Counted from the first letter of the stretch, positions 1 through 9,771 are shown. The stretch: DNA of 64,000 nt from Gemmatimonadota bacterium (GCA_040905505.1 JBBDRL010000109.1:4509-68508); one strand, 5' to 3'. A program made the numbers and translations. Notes: generated by a model not told the origin, from the letters alone.

Positions 1-254
1 ATCGCGACCGAATGGGTGAACGCGTACACCATCTGGAGTCCCTGGTCGAAGTACGCCCGGGCCGTCGGAGAGGTGGTGCTGATCGGTCGCGAGTACGGTC
101 CCAGCACCTTCGTCATCAGAGGCATCCGGGTCACTTCGGGCTCCGACGGCTGCTGCTGAGCCGTTACGGGTGCCGCCGCGGAGACCGCGAACGATGCGAG
201 CAGGCACACCATCGCCCCAGCCCTCGGACCCTGCCTCGAGACCTGTCGTTCCAT
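1..254 (-). CDS. N-terminal part of a secreted hypothetical protein (TPR-like family); it runs off the left edge
   Basis: Not in the ORF track because there is no stop inside the window. The reverse strand from ATG (254-252) reads MERQVSRQGPRAGAMVCLLASFAVSAAAPVTAQQQPSEPEVTRMPLMTKVLGPYSRPISTTSPTARAYFDQGLQMVYAFTHSVA. It has a signal-peptide-like segment and stays open to position 1 with GC-rich third positions. Confidence 0.45.
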   Translation of the reverse strand, partial: MERQVSRQGPRAGAMVCLLASFAVSAAAPVTAQQQPSEPEVTRMPLMTKVLGPYSRPISTTSPTARAYFDQGLQMVYAFTHSVA

Positions 255-420
255 CCAATCCATTCTTCCGCTCCATTACTGCGTTGGAGGTTCTGCCGCG
301 AGGAGCCCGCGCGGGCGAGCACGGACGATACCCTGAGAGTGCGCGCCGGTCAATTTCTGGCATCCGGATCGGAACAACTCTTGCACCTCAGGACGCCCAC
401 TCCCGGCCGATAGGACAGCC

Positions 421-500
421 GGGGGTGCTGCTCAGAGCAAAGCCGCCGAAAGGCGGTGACGCAGAGCTACGGGGCTACCGTGCTTGACGCACCACGCCCG
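421..500 (+). promoter_or_regulatory. Candidate c-di-GMP-I (GEMM-I)-like riboswitch aptamer
   Basis: 433-468 reads CAGAGCAAA-GCCGCC-GAAA-GGCGGT-GACGCAGAGCT. This has the same architecture and near-identical conserved nucleotides as the Vc2 aptamer core as I remember it. The second helix is short. No covariance-model search was possible. Confidence 0.35.
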
Positions 501-504
501 CCGG

Positions 505-554
505 GCCGCCAGCCAACAGGGTCACCATGTGATCACGAGGCTGGCGGCTTTTTT
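505..554 (+). terminator. Intrinsic terminator (possible expression platform)
   Basis: GCCGCCAGCC (505-514) pairs perfectly with GGCTGGCGGC (539-548) and is followed by TTTTTT (549-554). It ends 30 nt upstream of the ATG at 584. Confidence 0.6.
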
Positions 555-583
555 CGTGCATGGGATAGCGATGGACGTCTTGG

Positions 584-892
584 ATGGTCACTACCACGTG
601 GGACAGGGCGGATCAGACCACGGAGTGGGCGATACAGCGTGATCTTCATGTCGTGCTCGTGCACCTGTACACCGGGCGCGCGACAGCGCCCATGACGCCG
701 CTCACAGCCGAAAAAGTCGCGCGGGAGCTTGGCTTCACGCCAGGGCGCTCAGTGTCTCTGATCGAGATGCTCCGCGGCGCCGGCCTGCTTCGGTATTCCG
801 GCTTCGGTGAAGGGCTCGTTCTGACGGCGAGCGGGGTTGATTACATCGAACGGGAGGCGGGGCGAAGACGTTCACTCCGCCTCGGTGATTGA
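584..892 (+). CDS. Small hypothetical protein, possibly winged-helix-like
   Basis: Only ORF in this interval (102 aa). The segment LTAEKVARELGFTPGRSVSLIEMLRGAGLL looks HTH-like. The start is uncertain, and ATG 692 is an alternative. Confidence 0.4.
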   Translation: MVTTTWDRADQTTEWAIQRDLHVVLVHLYTGRATAPMTPLTAEKVARELGFTPGRSVSLIEMLRGAGLLRYSGFGEGLVLTASGVDYIEREAGRRRSLRLGD

Positions 893-1101
893 GGGGGACG
901 AATGGCGCTCGGAAAGCCCCTTATGGAATACCTCGGGGAGTCTGCTGAACCGCGGCCGTCGCTGGCCCGCTCGATTGGTCCGGCCGAGAACCGGAGTCTT
1001 GCGGTAGCGATTGGCCCGGGGCCGCTACGGCAGCGTCCGCCATCCCGGTTGCCGTCTGCCCGAGCATCTTCGGGAATGCCTCCACCCGCGCGGACGCCGC
1101 C

Positions 1102-1884
1102 TCAGCGCACGCCGGCAATCCGTGGCTGCGGCCGGTTCGATTCGAGGTAGAGCGTCACGGCGTCGGCAATGCCTCGGGCCGCCCGGGCCGGATCATCGAC
1201 GATCACTCGCCGGTCCGACGGGCTGGTGAGGAAGCCCGTCTCCAGAATCACCCCCACTGTCATCGGGTGAAGTGCGTGCTGATAGCGCCGCGAGTTGAAC
1301 GCATAGTAGCCCCTCATCCTGCGGATCACCGTCGGATAATGGCGTAGTCCGGTCGCGTCGCCGTAGGTCTGCTCCAGAAGATCGGCGAACTCCTGGGCGA
1401 ATCCCGTCGCGTCCCGTCGGGGTGCCGCGGCCCGGAAGCCCGATACGTTCGAGTTCGGGTTCCCGTCGGCGTGAATCGATACGAACACGTCGGCCCAGTA
1501 CCCGGGCGGGATCGTCGTCGGCAAGACTTCAACGACGTATCCTGCCTCTTCGAGCATGCGGGCAGCCTGATTCGCGATCTCGAGGTTGACCTCCCATTCC
1601 TGCTTACCGCCGCCGCGAGTCCCATTACCCCGCAGTCCTGACTGCTCGTCGGGCGCCTCAGCCGAGCGCCAGTGACCGGCCTGCAGCGCCACCCGGAGCG
1701 GTCCGTCCGGCCGCTGCCACAAGTCGTCGCTCCGCGTCTCCCGCGACGATGCCTCCACGACCGTGTCCGGCGACGCGATATCCGTCGCGCCGTCCATACC
1801 GCCGTTGGGCTCCCGATCTTCGATGCTGAACGCCGCCGTTATCGCGACGACGAGTACTGCGAAGGTGATGCTGGCTGATCTCAT
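1102..1884 (-). CDS. N-acetylmuramoyl-L-alanine amidase (Amidase_3 family)
   Basis: 260 aa with an N-terminal hydrophobic anchor, the VFVSIHADG motif and ILETGFL, which are typical of the AmiA/B/C and CwlD family. Confidence 0.85.
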   Translation of the reverse strand: MRSASITFAVLVVAITAAFSIEDREPNGGMDGATDIASPDTVVEASSRETRSDDLWQRPDGPLRVALQAGHWRSAEAPDEQSGLRGNGTRGGGKQEWEVNLEIANQAARMLEEAGYVVEVLPTTIPPGYWADVFVSIHADGNPNSNVSGFRAAAPRRDATGFAQEFADLLEQTYGDATGLRHYPTVIRRMRGYYAFNSRRYQHALHPMTVGVILETGFLTSPSDRRVIVDDPARAARGIADAVTLYLESNRPQPRIAGVR

Positions 1885-1985
1885 GAAGGGCCTCTTGCGG
1901 GCGTGAATTCACGTCTCTTCGTACAAAGTTCCCACCGTGTGCGTTGGGCTCCGACTCCCGCCGCCTGCAAACGACGCGGGAATGC

Positions 1986-3362
1986 TCAGCCCGTGACCAT
2001 CGACAACAGGAACGCGACCGCGATCACGCTCAGCAGCAGAAGTCCGGCGTACGAGAAGGCGCGCAGAACGACTCCGGGGCGGTGCTCTTCCGGAACCTCG
2101 GGGGACGTGACGGCACGCAGGTTCAGGTACCCGAACACCGGCCCGGTCAGGAATGCGACGGTGGTCGCGAAGTCGATCATCGTCGTCAAACTGCCGCTGA
2201 AGAAGAGCAGGACCAGGATCATCGATGCGCCGAGCACCCCGAAGGCGATCCAGTACAGCGCACCCGATGGGCTCCTCGCGGTCAGCGCCGGGTCGTCCGT
2301 GCGGATGAGGTTGATGGCGCGCTCGATCACGCGCGGGAAGCCGTCCAGAACGGCCAGGGCCGTCGAGAACATCGTGGTCAGTACCAGAACGAGGATCACC
2401 GGTCGAATCCACCCACCGATGGTCGCCGCATAGAGATCCACCAACTGGGTGGCAAACGCCGGCCCCTCCGGGCTGAACGCGACGCCCGAACCGTACATCA
2501 CCGCCGTCCCCAGGAGGACGAAGGCGAAGGCGAGCGCCCCGGTCCCCAGGTAGCCGACGAGGAAGTCGAGGCGCGCCGTGGCGACGGAGACCCTCACGCC
2601 GGAGCTGCGGTCCTTCTCGACCATCCAGATAGAATGAAAGACGGACGCCGTGATGTCCGAAGGCATCCATCCCATGAGAGCCAGGAGAAAGCCGAACGAG
2701 ACCGACCCCGCCGCTGGCCAGCCGAGGCTGAAGGTGGAGAAATCGGCCCGGGGCAGGACCATCGTCGCGGCGATGAGCGTAGAGATCGCGAGCCCGGCCA
2801 GCATGAGCTTGATCGTCAGGTCGAGAGCTCGGAATCGGCCGGCCCAGAGTAACAGGCCGCAGACGGTGTAGATCAGGACCGCTGCCAGCACCGCGGGCCA
2901 TGCCACTCCGAACGCGTACATGAAGAGGAAGGCCGTGAGCAGTACGATCGCGGTCTGCGTGATGACCGCCGTGCTCAGGACCATGCCGACGTAGAGCCAC
3001 AAGGCCCATCTGCCGATGTGCCGGTATCCTTCGACCAGGCTCATTCCAGTCGCGGCCGCGAAGCGCGGGGCGAACTCGAAGAACGGGTACTTGAGGACCA
3101 GTGCCAGAAGAATCACCCCGGCCAGTCCGAACCCCAGGTCGGCGCCGGCCCTGGTGGACTGAACCAGGTGCGAGACTCCGATTGCCGTTCCAGCCCAGAT
3201 GAGGCCGGGCCCGAAGCTCTGAAGAAAACTGCCGCGGCGCTGTATCGCTACTTTCAGGGATGCGTCGGCGGCGATCGGCGTCGACCCTTTCATGAACCGT
3301 CCCCAGATGGTGTGGTGAGCGTAGCCGGCCTGGAGGGACCCCTCGGGAGAATACTCGATCAT
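1986..3362 (-). CDS. Nramp-fold (COG1914-like) membrane transporter with non-canonical metal-site motifs
   Basis: 458 aa polytopic protein. GPGLIWAGTAIGVSHLVQSTRAGA aligns to Nramp TM1, and GWMPSD...FHS aligns to TM6. Confidence 0.7.
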   Translation of the reverse strand: MIEYSPEGSLQAGYAHHTIWGRFMKGSTPIAADASLKVAIQRRGSFLQSFGPGLIWAGTAIGVSHLVQSTRAGADLGFGLAGVILLALVLKYPFFEFAPRFAAATGMSLVEGYRHIGRWALWLYVGMVLSTAVITQTAIVLLTAFLFMYAFGVAWPAVLAAVLIYTVCGLLLWAGRFRALDLTIKLMLAGLAISTLIAATMVLPRADFSTFSLGWPAAGSVSFGFLLALMGWMPSDITASVFHSIWMVEKDRSSGVRVSVATARLDFLVGYLGTGALAFAFVLLGTAVMYGSGVAFSPEGPAFATQLVDLYAATIGGWIRPVILVLVLTTMFSTALAVLDGFPRVIERAINLIRTDDPALTARSPSGALYWIAFGVLGASMILVLLFFSGSLTTMIDFATTVAFLTGPVFGYLNLRAVTSPEVPEEHRPGVVLRAFSYAGLLLLSVIAVAFLLSMVTG

Positions 3363-3548
3363 GGCCGCGCCTGCCAGAGATCATCGCACCGGCGCCGGGC
3401 CGGGGGCGGCGCGGCCGCATCGCCGTGCCCCTTGATGGCTCTCTCTGACGGACAGGTGACCGGCGGGGTGGCGAATTCGGGCGCTGCTCGGCACATTTCC
3501 GTTCGTCTCGCCAACTTCAGTGCGCCCTTTTGCCAGACGGGAGAGTGC

Positions 3549-4019
3549 ATGCGTACGTTTGCTGCAGGAATCTCGCTCGCGGCGCTCGCCGGATTCGCCG
3601 CGTGTGGCGGCGTCGAGCCGCCCCATCCGTGGATCGAGCTGCCCGAGGGCTCGGGACATCAGATCATCGAGACCGGAGGCCTGGACGACGGGCAGGTCGT
3701 GATCGCGGTGGATTCCACCGTCACTCCGGACGAAGCGCTACGCCTGGGTGAGGAGATCCTCGCCCAGGCGCCGGCCGACGCGACCGTCAACGTGCGTCTC
3801 TACAACGACGAAGCGACCGCCCGCAACTGGAGCACGGTCGCCTCGGAATGGACGCAACAGCATCTCTGGGTCGTCGTTCGGGCCAGCCCGGGCAGCGGCC
3901 TGCGCGAGGTCCGGTGGGTCGGTCCGGAGACGGAAGGCGTCACCGCCACCGACTCGGCGGATGTCAATACAGAACCCGGCGCGGATCCCGCTCCCGTCGA
4001 TAGCGGGACGACCCTCTGA
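3549..4019 (+). CDS. Hypothetical lipoprotein
   Basis: In-frame ATG at 3549 inside ORF 3018-4019 gives MRTFAAGISLAALAGFAACGG, a lipobox. The upstream part of that ORF overlaps the transporter gene on the other strand. Confidence 0.6.
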   Translation: MRTFAAGISLAALAGFAACGGVEPPHPWIELPEGSGHQIIETGGLDDGQVVIAVDSTVTPDEALRLGEEILAQAPADATVNVRLYNDEATARNWSTVASEWTQQHLWVVVRASPGSGLREVRWVGPETEGVTATDSADVNTEPGADPAPVDSGTTL

Positions 4020-4060
4020 GATATTCCCGCGCCACCATCCTGTTCAGGAGAACCATCACG

Positions 4061-5716
4061 ATGATCTGTTTGAGATCCGGTGCGCCGTCCGCGGTGCTGC
4101 TCGCGTCGCTGGCCGGCTCGCTGCTGGCCGGTCCGGTCGAGGCCCAGGAGCTGCCTCGCACGTGGCAGGAGCAGAACGACTTCCAGGCGGGGCCGACGCC
4201 CTTCGAACCCCTGATGGATTTCTGGTACGATCTGGAGCGAGTCAGCCCGAAGGTGAGCATTCAGCCGCTCACCCAGACGCTGCTCGATCGGGAGCTCACG
4301 CTCGTCACCATCTCCAACGAGCAGAACCTGACGCCACAGGATGCGATCCGGTCCGGGAAGACGATCGTACTGGTCGCCAACGCCGTACACGGCGGCGAGA
4401 CAGCCGGCAAGGAAGCCAGCCAGCTCGTGGCGAAGGAGCTGATCGGTGGCGATCTGGCGCCGCTCCTGGAAGACATCGTCGTGCTGTTCATCCCCCTCAT
4501 CAATCCCGACGGCGGTGAGGTGCTGCGCCGGACGAACGAGGAAGGGTTCGACATGAACCGCGACTACATCAAGCTCGAATCGCAGGAGGTCCACGCGCTG
4601 GTGACGAAGGTGATGAATGAGTGGACGCCGGACATCCACGTCGATACCCACCATGGTGGGTCGGCCCCGTACACCATCACGTGGCAGGGCACGCTCAACC
4701 CCGCGGCGGACGCCGAGCTCCGAGCCTATCCGTACGACGTCATCTTCCCGCGCATCCGATCGGCGCTCCGCGTGGAGGACTACGACGGGTTCGACTACTC
4801 GGGCGTGCGTACTGTGGAGGACGTCCGCGGCTGGGGCTCGACCTCGGTGGAGCCGAGAAAGCACCACGTCTACACGGGGCTGGTCAACTCGATCGGCATT
4901 CTGCTGGAGACGCCGAACAACACGAGGCGGCTGCTGGACGACGGGACCGTGATCGAGGAGGTCCCGGAGGATCAGCGGTACTACACGAGGGTGCGCGGTC
5001 AGCATATCGCCATCCGGGAGATCCTCCAGGTCGCCGCGGAGCGGCGCGAGGAGATCAGGAACCTCACGAATGCATCGCGCCAGCGGGCGATCGCCAACGG
5101 CCGGGTCTACGACCTCGATGACCAGATCGTGCTCGACTACGAGCTCGCCAGTCGCGGTCGGGAAGAGGTTTGGATGCCTACCGAAGACGCTCCACTGGGC
5201 TATCAGCCCGAGCAGGTCGAGGTGTTCCTCCGGTGGGAGCCCGTCCGGACGACGCCTCGCCCGCTGGGTTACGTATTGCCCGTCTCGATGGCAAAGGTCG
5301 TCCCACTGCTCCTGGATCACGACATCACCGTTCACCGCTTCACCGAACCGACGACGCTGGAGCTGGAAGTCTACGACGCGACGGAGGTCACGGATGACTC
5401 GTATTTCCAGGGCCACTATCTCAAGTCGGCCGAGGTGGTCAAGAGTGTGGAGAGTGTCGAGGTGCCGGCGGGTGCCTTCTTCGTCTCGACTGCCCAGTCA
5501 CGTGGTAACTTCATCGCCTATACCATGGAGCCCGAGACGGACGACAACCTCATCACCTGGGGATTCACCGATCATGAGCTGGAGGTGACGGACGATGAGG
5601 AGGACGATCTTCAACGCGTGCCGATGATGCGCCTTGTCCGCGAGCAGCCGATGTCGCTGCTGGAAGTCGTTCCCTTCAACGAATACAGCCGCAACCGCTA
5701 CTTCCAGACCTGGTAG
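4061..5716 (+). CDS. M14 family zinc carboxypeptidase, secreted
   Basis: 551 aa with a signal peptide, the HGGE zinc motif (VHGGETAG), NPDG and NRDY motifs, and a later HHGG. Confidence 0.8.
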   Translation: MICLRSGAPSAVLLASLAGSLLAGPVEAQELPRTWQEQNDFQAGPTPFEPLMDFWYDLERVSPKVSIQPLTQTLLDRELTLVTISNEQNLTPQDAIRSGKTIVLVANAVHGGETAGKEASQLVAKELIGGDLAPLLEDIVVLFIPLINPDGGEVLRRTNEEGFDMNRDYIKLESQEVHALVTKVMNEWTPDIHVDTHHGGSAPYTITWQGTLNPAADAELRAYPYDVIFPRIRSALRVEDYDGFDYSGVRTVEDVRGWGSTSVEPRKHHVYTGLVNSIGILLETPNNTRRLLDDGTVIEEVPEDQRYYTRVRGQHIAIREILQVAAERREEIRNLTNASRQRAIANGRVYDLDDQIVLDYELASRGREEVWMPTEDAPLGYQPEQVEVFLRWEPVRTTPRPLGYVLPVSMAKVVPLLLDHDITVHRFTEPTTLELEVYDATEVTDDSYFQGHYLKSAEVVKSVESVEVPAGAFFVSTAQSRGNFIAYTMEPETDDNLITWGFTDHELEVTDDEEDDLQRVPMMRLVREQPMSLLEVVPFNEYSRNRYFQTW

Positions 5717-5853
5717 CGAGGCGATCGGCAGACCCGTCGGATCCCGGCAACGGACCCCCGGCGACCGTTAGCCGCCCTCATCGTGGCGACTGCCGAGCGC
5801 CTGGTGCCGCGGCCCGGCCCTTCGGCGGCACCCAATCCGATTTATCCTGGCGT

Positions 5854-7806
5854 ATGATCTCTGTCTCGAATCTCGAAAAAACCTACGGCGACCGCACCCT
5901 CTTCGCCGACGCCTCGTTTCAGCTCAACCCGGGTGAGCGGTACGGCCTCGTGGGCGCCAACGGGTCCGGTAAGACCACGCTCCTGAACATTCTGAGCGGG
6001 CACCTCGAAGCCAGCGACGGGACCGTCTCCATCCCGAAGTCCAGCCGACTCGGCGTCCTGCGACAGGACCAGTTTCTCTACGAGCAGGAAGAGATCCTGA
6101 ACGTCGCCATGATGGGAAACGCGGAACTCTGGGACGTGATGGTCGAGAAGGAGGCCATCCTGGCGAGGGCGCACGAGCATTTCGACGGCGATCGCTTCTC
6201 GGAGCTCGAAGAGGCCGTACAGCGCCTCGACGGGTACACCGCCGAGGCGCGGGCGGCCAGCATACTCGAAGGCCTCGGCCTGCCGGATGAAGTCCACCGC
6301 AAGCCGCTGTCGACCCTCTCGGGCGGGTTCAAGCTGCGCGTGCTGCTCGCCCAGGTCCTCGCCAGTGCGCCCGACGTGCTGCTCCTGGACGAGCCGACCA
6401 ACCACCTCGACATCATCTCCATCCGCTGGCTCGAGAAGTTCCTCCGGGACTTCCAGGGCCCGATCGCGGTGATCTCCCACGACCACCGCTTCCTCGACAA
6501 CGTGGCTACCAGCATCCTCGACGTCGATTATCAGACCGTCACCCTCTACAAGGGCAATTATACGGCGTTTCTCGATGAGAAGCGGGCGGACCGCGAGCGA
6601 CGCGAGAAGGAGATCGAGGGGCGGGAGAAAGAGATCGCCCACCATCAGAAGTTCGTCGATCGGTTCAAGGCGAAGGCGAGTAAGGCGCGGCAGGCCCAGA
6701 GCAAGCTACGGATGATCGAGAAGAAGGCCGACGAGCTGGAGGAGCTTCCCGGTAGCTCGCGCCGCTACCCCAAGTTCCGTTTCGTCCAGCGGCGGCCAAG
6801 CGGCAAGGAGGTCCTCGCGGTCCGAGGAATCAAGAAGGCCTTCGGTGACAATGAGGTCCTGCACGGCGTCGACCTCGACGTCCACCGCGGAGACCGTTTG
6901 GTCATCATGGGGCCGAACGGAATCGGGAAGTCGACGCTTCTCAAGATCCTGGTGGGGAACCTCGAGCCCGATGCCGGTGGCGTCACCTGGGGATACGAGA
7001 CCCATCCGGGGTACTTCGCTCAGGATCATCACGAGCAGATCGACGAGTCCGACCGGACGGCCGAGCAGTGGCTCTGGGATTTCTGCCCCGGCAAGGATCG
7101 GGGGTTCGTTCGGGGCCATTTGGGTCTCATGCTCTTTTCGGGGGAGGATGGGGACAAGCGCCTCAGCGCGCTATCCGGTGGCGAGGCGGCACGCCTCGTA
7201 TTCAGCCGGCTGGCGCTCGAGGAACCCAACGTCCTCGTACTCGACGAGCCGACGAACCATCTCGACCTGGAGTCCATCGAAGCACTGGTGGCGGGCCTGC
7301 AGAACTACGAAGGCACGCTCATCCTGGTCTCGCACGACCGCTGGTTCGTCGGCCAGCTCGCCACGCGCGTCGTCGAGATCAGTCGCGACGGCATCCGCGA
7401 TTTTCGCGGCACCTACGACGAGTATGTCCACGCCTGCGGGGACGACCATCTGGACGCCGACCGGGTCGTGCTCAAGGCCCGACGGGAAGAGAAGAAGGGC
7501 AGGGGGAAGCCGACGGGCAACGGAGAACCGAACGGCGATGGCCGGGCGGGGCAGAGACGTTCCGATGGAGGCTCGCCGCGGAAGGATCTCGAGTCACGGC
7601 GAGACGAGCTGACGAGTCAGGTCGATTCGGCCGAGGCGCGGATCGCGGAGATCGACGGGACCTTCGCCCGCCCCGGGTACTTCGCTGAAGCGCCGCAGGA
7701 AGAGGTCGCCGACCTGAATGCGGAGCGCCTGCGCCTCCAACAGACCGTCGAGCGCCTGATGATGGACTGGGAGAGCATCGAGAGTCGGATCGAAGCGCTG
7801 ACGTGA
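5854..7806 (+). CDS. ABC-F family ATPase (Uup/YbiT-like, two ABC domains plus a C-terminal coiled coil)
   Basis: 650 aa with two Walker A sites (GANGSGKTT, GPNGIGKST), two LSGG signatures and no transmembrane segment. Confidence 0.9.
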   Translation: MISVSNLEKTYGDRTLFADASFQLNPGERYGLVGANGSGKTTLLNILSGHLEASDGTVSIPKSSRLGVLRQDQFLYEQEEILNVAMMGNAELWDVMVEKEAILARAHEHFDGDRFSELEEAVQRLDGYTAEARAASILEGLGLPDEVHRKPLSTLSGGFKLRVLLAQVLASAPDVLLLDEPTNHLDIISIRWLEKFLRDFQGPIAVISHDHRFLDNVATSILDVDYQTVTLYKGNYTAFLDEKRADRERREKEIEGREKEIAHHQKFVDRFKAKASKARQAQSKLRMIEKKADELEELPGSSRRYPKFRFVQRRPSGKEVLAVRGIKKAFGDNEVLHGVDLDVHRGDRLVIMGPNGIGKSTLLKILVGNLEPDAGGVTWGYETHPGYFAQDHHEQIDESDRTAEQWLWDFCPGKDRGFVRGHLGLMLFSGEDGDKRLSALSGGEAARLVFSRLALEEPNVLVLDEPTNHLDLESIEALVAGLQNYEGTLILVSHDRWFVGQLATRVVEISRDGIRDFRGTYDEYVHACGDDHLDADRVVLKARREEKKGRGKPTGNGEPNGDGRAGQRRSDGGSPRKDLESRRDELTSQVDSAEARIAEIDGTFARPGYFAEAPQEEVADLNAERLRLQQTVERLMMDWESIESRIEALT

Positions 7807-7953
7807 GTTGAGCCGCTCCGGTCGCGCCGCTGAACACCGCGCGCGCCCTTGCTGGCGCTCGGCCGATCCCCTATCGTTCGCCCCGACCGCGCCGAGAGCC
7901 GTTCAGCCACGCCCCGACCCGCATCATGACCAGATCTCGCTCGCCCCGCTGAC

Positions 7954-9084
7954 GTGAGCAGCAGCGCGATCGCACCGAGGACGATGCCGACCTGGCTCCG
8001 GGCGGCGTTGGTGGTCTTCTTTCTCTACCTCTTCCTCGTCGGCGTGGCCTTTCTCGAGGCCGGTATCGCCGCCCTGGGCGAGGGTTTCCAGACAGGCCTC
8101 CTCGAGTCGGTTTCCCACCCCATTTCCGGCGTCTGTGCCGGGCTCCTGGCCACAATCCTCGTTCAGTCCTCGTCGGTGTCGACCGCCACGATCGTCGGCA
8201 TGGTGGGCGCGGGAACGCTGCCGCTCTCCCTGGCCGTACCGATGATCATGGGGGCCAACATCGGCACGACCGTCACGAGCACGCTGGCCTCGCTCGGGAG
8301 CATCCGCAGGGCCGACGAGTTCCGGCGGGCCTTCGCGGCGGCGACGGTGCACGATTTCTTCAATATCTTCGCGGTCCTCATCCTGCTGCCAATGGAGCTG
8401 GCGACCGGTTTCCTCCAGGACGTCGCGGAATGGTTGACGGATCTGCTATGGGGGGCCAGCGTCAGTGCGGGAGAGCCTCGTACCAGCCCGATTCGCGCGG
8501 CGGTGCGACTGCCGGTGAACGCGTTCACGGAGCTCGTCGAGACGAGCCCCTCGATCGCGCTCATCCTCCTGGTGCTCGGCCTCGGACTGATCTTCACAGC
8601 CCTGACCCTGATCACCCGCAACATGCGGCGGCTGGTCGGCGGCGGCGTCGAGCGCGTCGTCAACCGCCTGATCGGGGGCGGTGGTGGAGCGTTGGGGATT
8701 CTCGTGGGTATCGGAGTAACGATCGCCGTGCAGTCGTCGTCGATCACCACGTCCATTCTCGTGCCGCTGGTCGCCGCCGGAATCCTCACGCTCCCGAGCG
8801 CCTATCCGATCACGGTGGGCGCGAATATCGGCACCACGTTCACGGCCTTGCTGGCGTCCCTGGCCGTGCTCCGGCCCGAGGGCCTGACGATCGCCCTGGT
8901 CCACACGGTGTTCAATATCACGGCGGTGATCATCATCTTCCCGATCTCGGCGGTCCGGATGGTCCCGGTCCGGCTGGCCGAGATGCTCGCTGCCCTCGCG
9001 GTGCGGCGTCATATGGTCGTCCTCGCCTACGGAGTCGGCCTGTTCATCGTTCTGCCGCTCCTCGGGCTGTTCCTGATTCGTTAG
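7954..9084 (+). CDS. Na/Pi cotransporter family protein
   Basis: 376 aa membrane protein with a duplicated GANIGTT motif (GANIGTTVTS and GANIGTTFTA), typical of PF02690. Confidence 0.85.
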   Translation: MSSSAIAPRTMPTWLRAALVVFFLYLFLVGVAFLEAGIAALGEGFQTGLLESVSHPISGVCAGLLATILVQSSSVSTATIVGMVGAGTLPLSLAVPMIMGANIGTTVTSTLASLGSIRRADEFRRAFAAATVHDFFNIFAVLILLPMELATGFLQDVAEWLTDLLWGASVSAGEPRTSPIRAAVRLPVNAFTELVETSPSIALILLVLGLGLIFTALTLITRNMRRLVGGGVERVVNRLIGGGGGALGILVGIGVTIAVQSSSITTSILVPLVAAGILTLPSAYPITVGANIGTTFTALLASLAVLRPEGLTIALVHTVFNITAVIIIFPISAVRMVPVRLAEMLAALAVRRHMVVLAYGVGLFIVLPLLGLFLIR

Positions 9085-9093
9085 AGACTCACC

Positions 9094-9771
9094 ATGGTAT
9101 TCAACTTCTTCCGTGGCCAACGGGGCGAGCGGCTCGACCGCATCGAGGCGAAGATGCAGGGGATGCTCGTCCATGATCGACACGAGTTCGACCTTGCGAT
9201 GGCCGCACTACTTGGCGAGGCCGTCGCGGAAAACGTCAACGACGATCTCCGATCGACCGATCGCAAGGTCAACCAGCTCGAACGTGAGATTCGCCGCGAG
9301 CTCGTCGTGAACGCAAGTGTCTTTGGCGGCATCGACACGCCCGCGGTGCTCGTATATATGTCTGTCGTCAAAGACATCGAACGGGTCGGGGATTATGCCA
9401 AGAACCTGGTGGACCTGGCGCTCGATGGGGCGAATCTGGCCGAGGCGCCCGACGCGGATCTCTGGCGGAGCCTCACGACCGAGATCTCCCAGTACATCGC
9501 CGACGCCGGCGACGCCTTCCTCGCCCGCGAGGAAGACCAGTGCCGGCAGCTCCTCGGTCGCGGGGACGAGCTCCTCCAGATATTCGACGACGGCGTGTCG
9601 GCCCTCGTCCGTAACGACGACCATGGCGAGCACGCGGTCGCCCGCGCCCTCGCGCACCGGTATCTTAAGCGGGTCGTAGCGCATCTGATGAACCTGCTGT
9701 CGGCCGTCGTGATGCCGCTCGATCGACTCGACTATTTCGATGAGGACCCGGAGGATCGCTCCGGCCGGTGA
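9094..9771 (+). CDS. PhoU-domain protein (partner of the Na/Pi transporter)
   Basis: 225 aa helical protein with the VKDIERVGDYAKN motif. It sits 10 nt downstream of the transporter gene. Confidence 0.75.
   Translation: MVFNFFRGQRGERLDRIEAKMQGMLVHDRHEFDLAMAALLGEAVAENVNDDLRSTDRKVNQLEREIRRELVVNASVFGGIDTPAVLVYMSVVKDIERVGDYAKNLVDLALDGANLAEAPDADLWRSLTTEISQYIADAGDAFLAREEDQCRQLLGRGDELLQIFDDGVSALVRNDDHGEHAVARALAHRYLKRVVAHLMNLLSAVVMPLDRLDYFDEDPEDRSGR

Noticed and set aside
12-487. Plus-strand ORFs 12-413 and 170-487 at the left edge.
   Set aside because: Arg/Pro/Gly-rich translations typical of off-frame reading in high-GC DNA. They overlap the better-supported minus-strand N-terminus (1-254) and the structured non-coding region.
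1909-3420. Long antisense or off-frame ORFs inside confident genes. Examples are 1909-3420, 3800-5416, 31450-32724, 43170-44378, 49144-50334, 55693-57420 and 58903-60054.
   Set aside because: They are shadow ORFs caused by stop-codon scarcity in GC-rich DNA. Their translations are Arg/Gly/Pro/Asp-rich with no motifs, and the opposite or alternate frame encodes clearly recognisable proteins.
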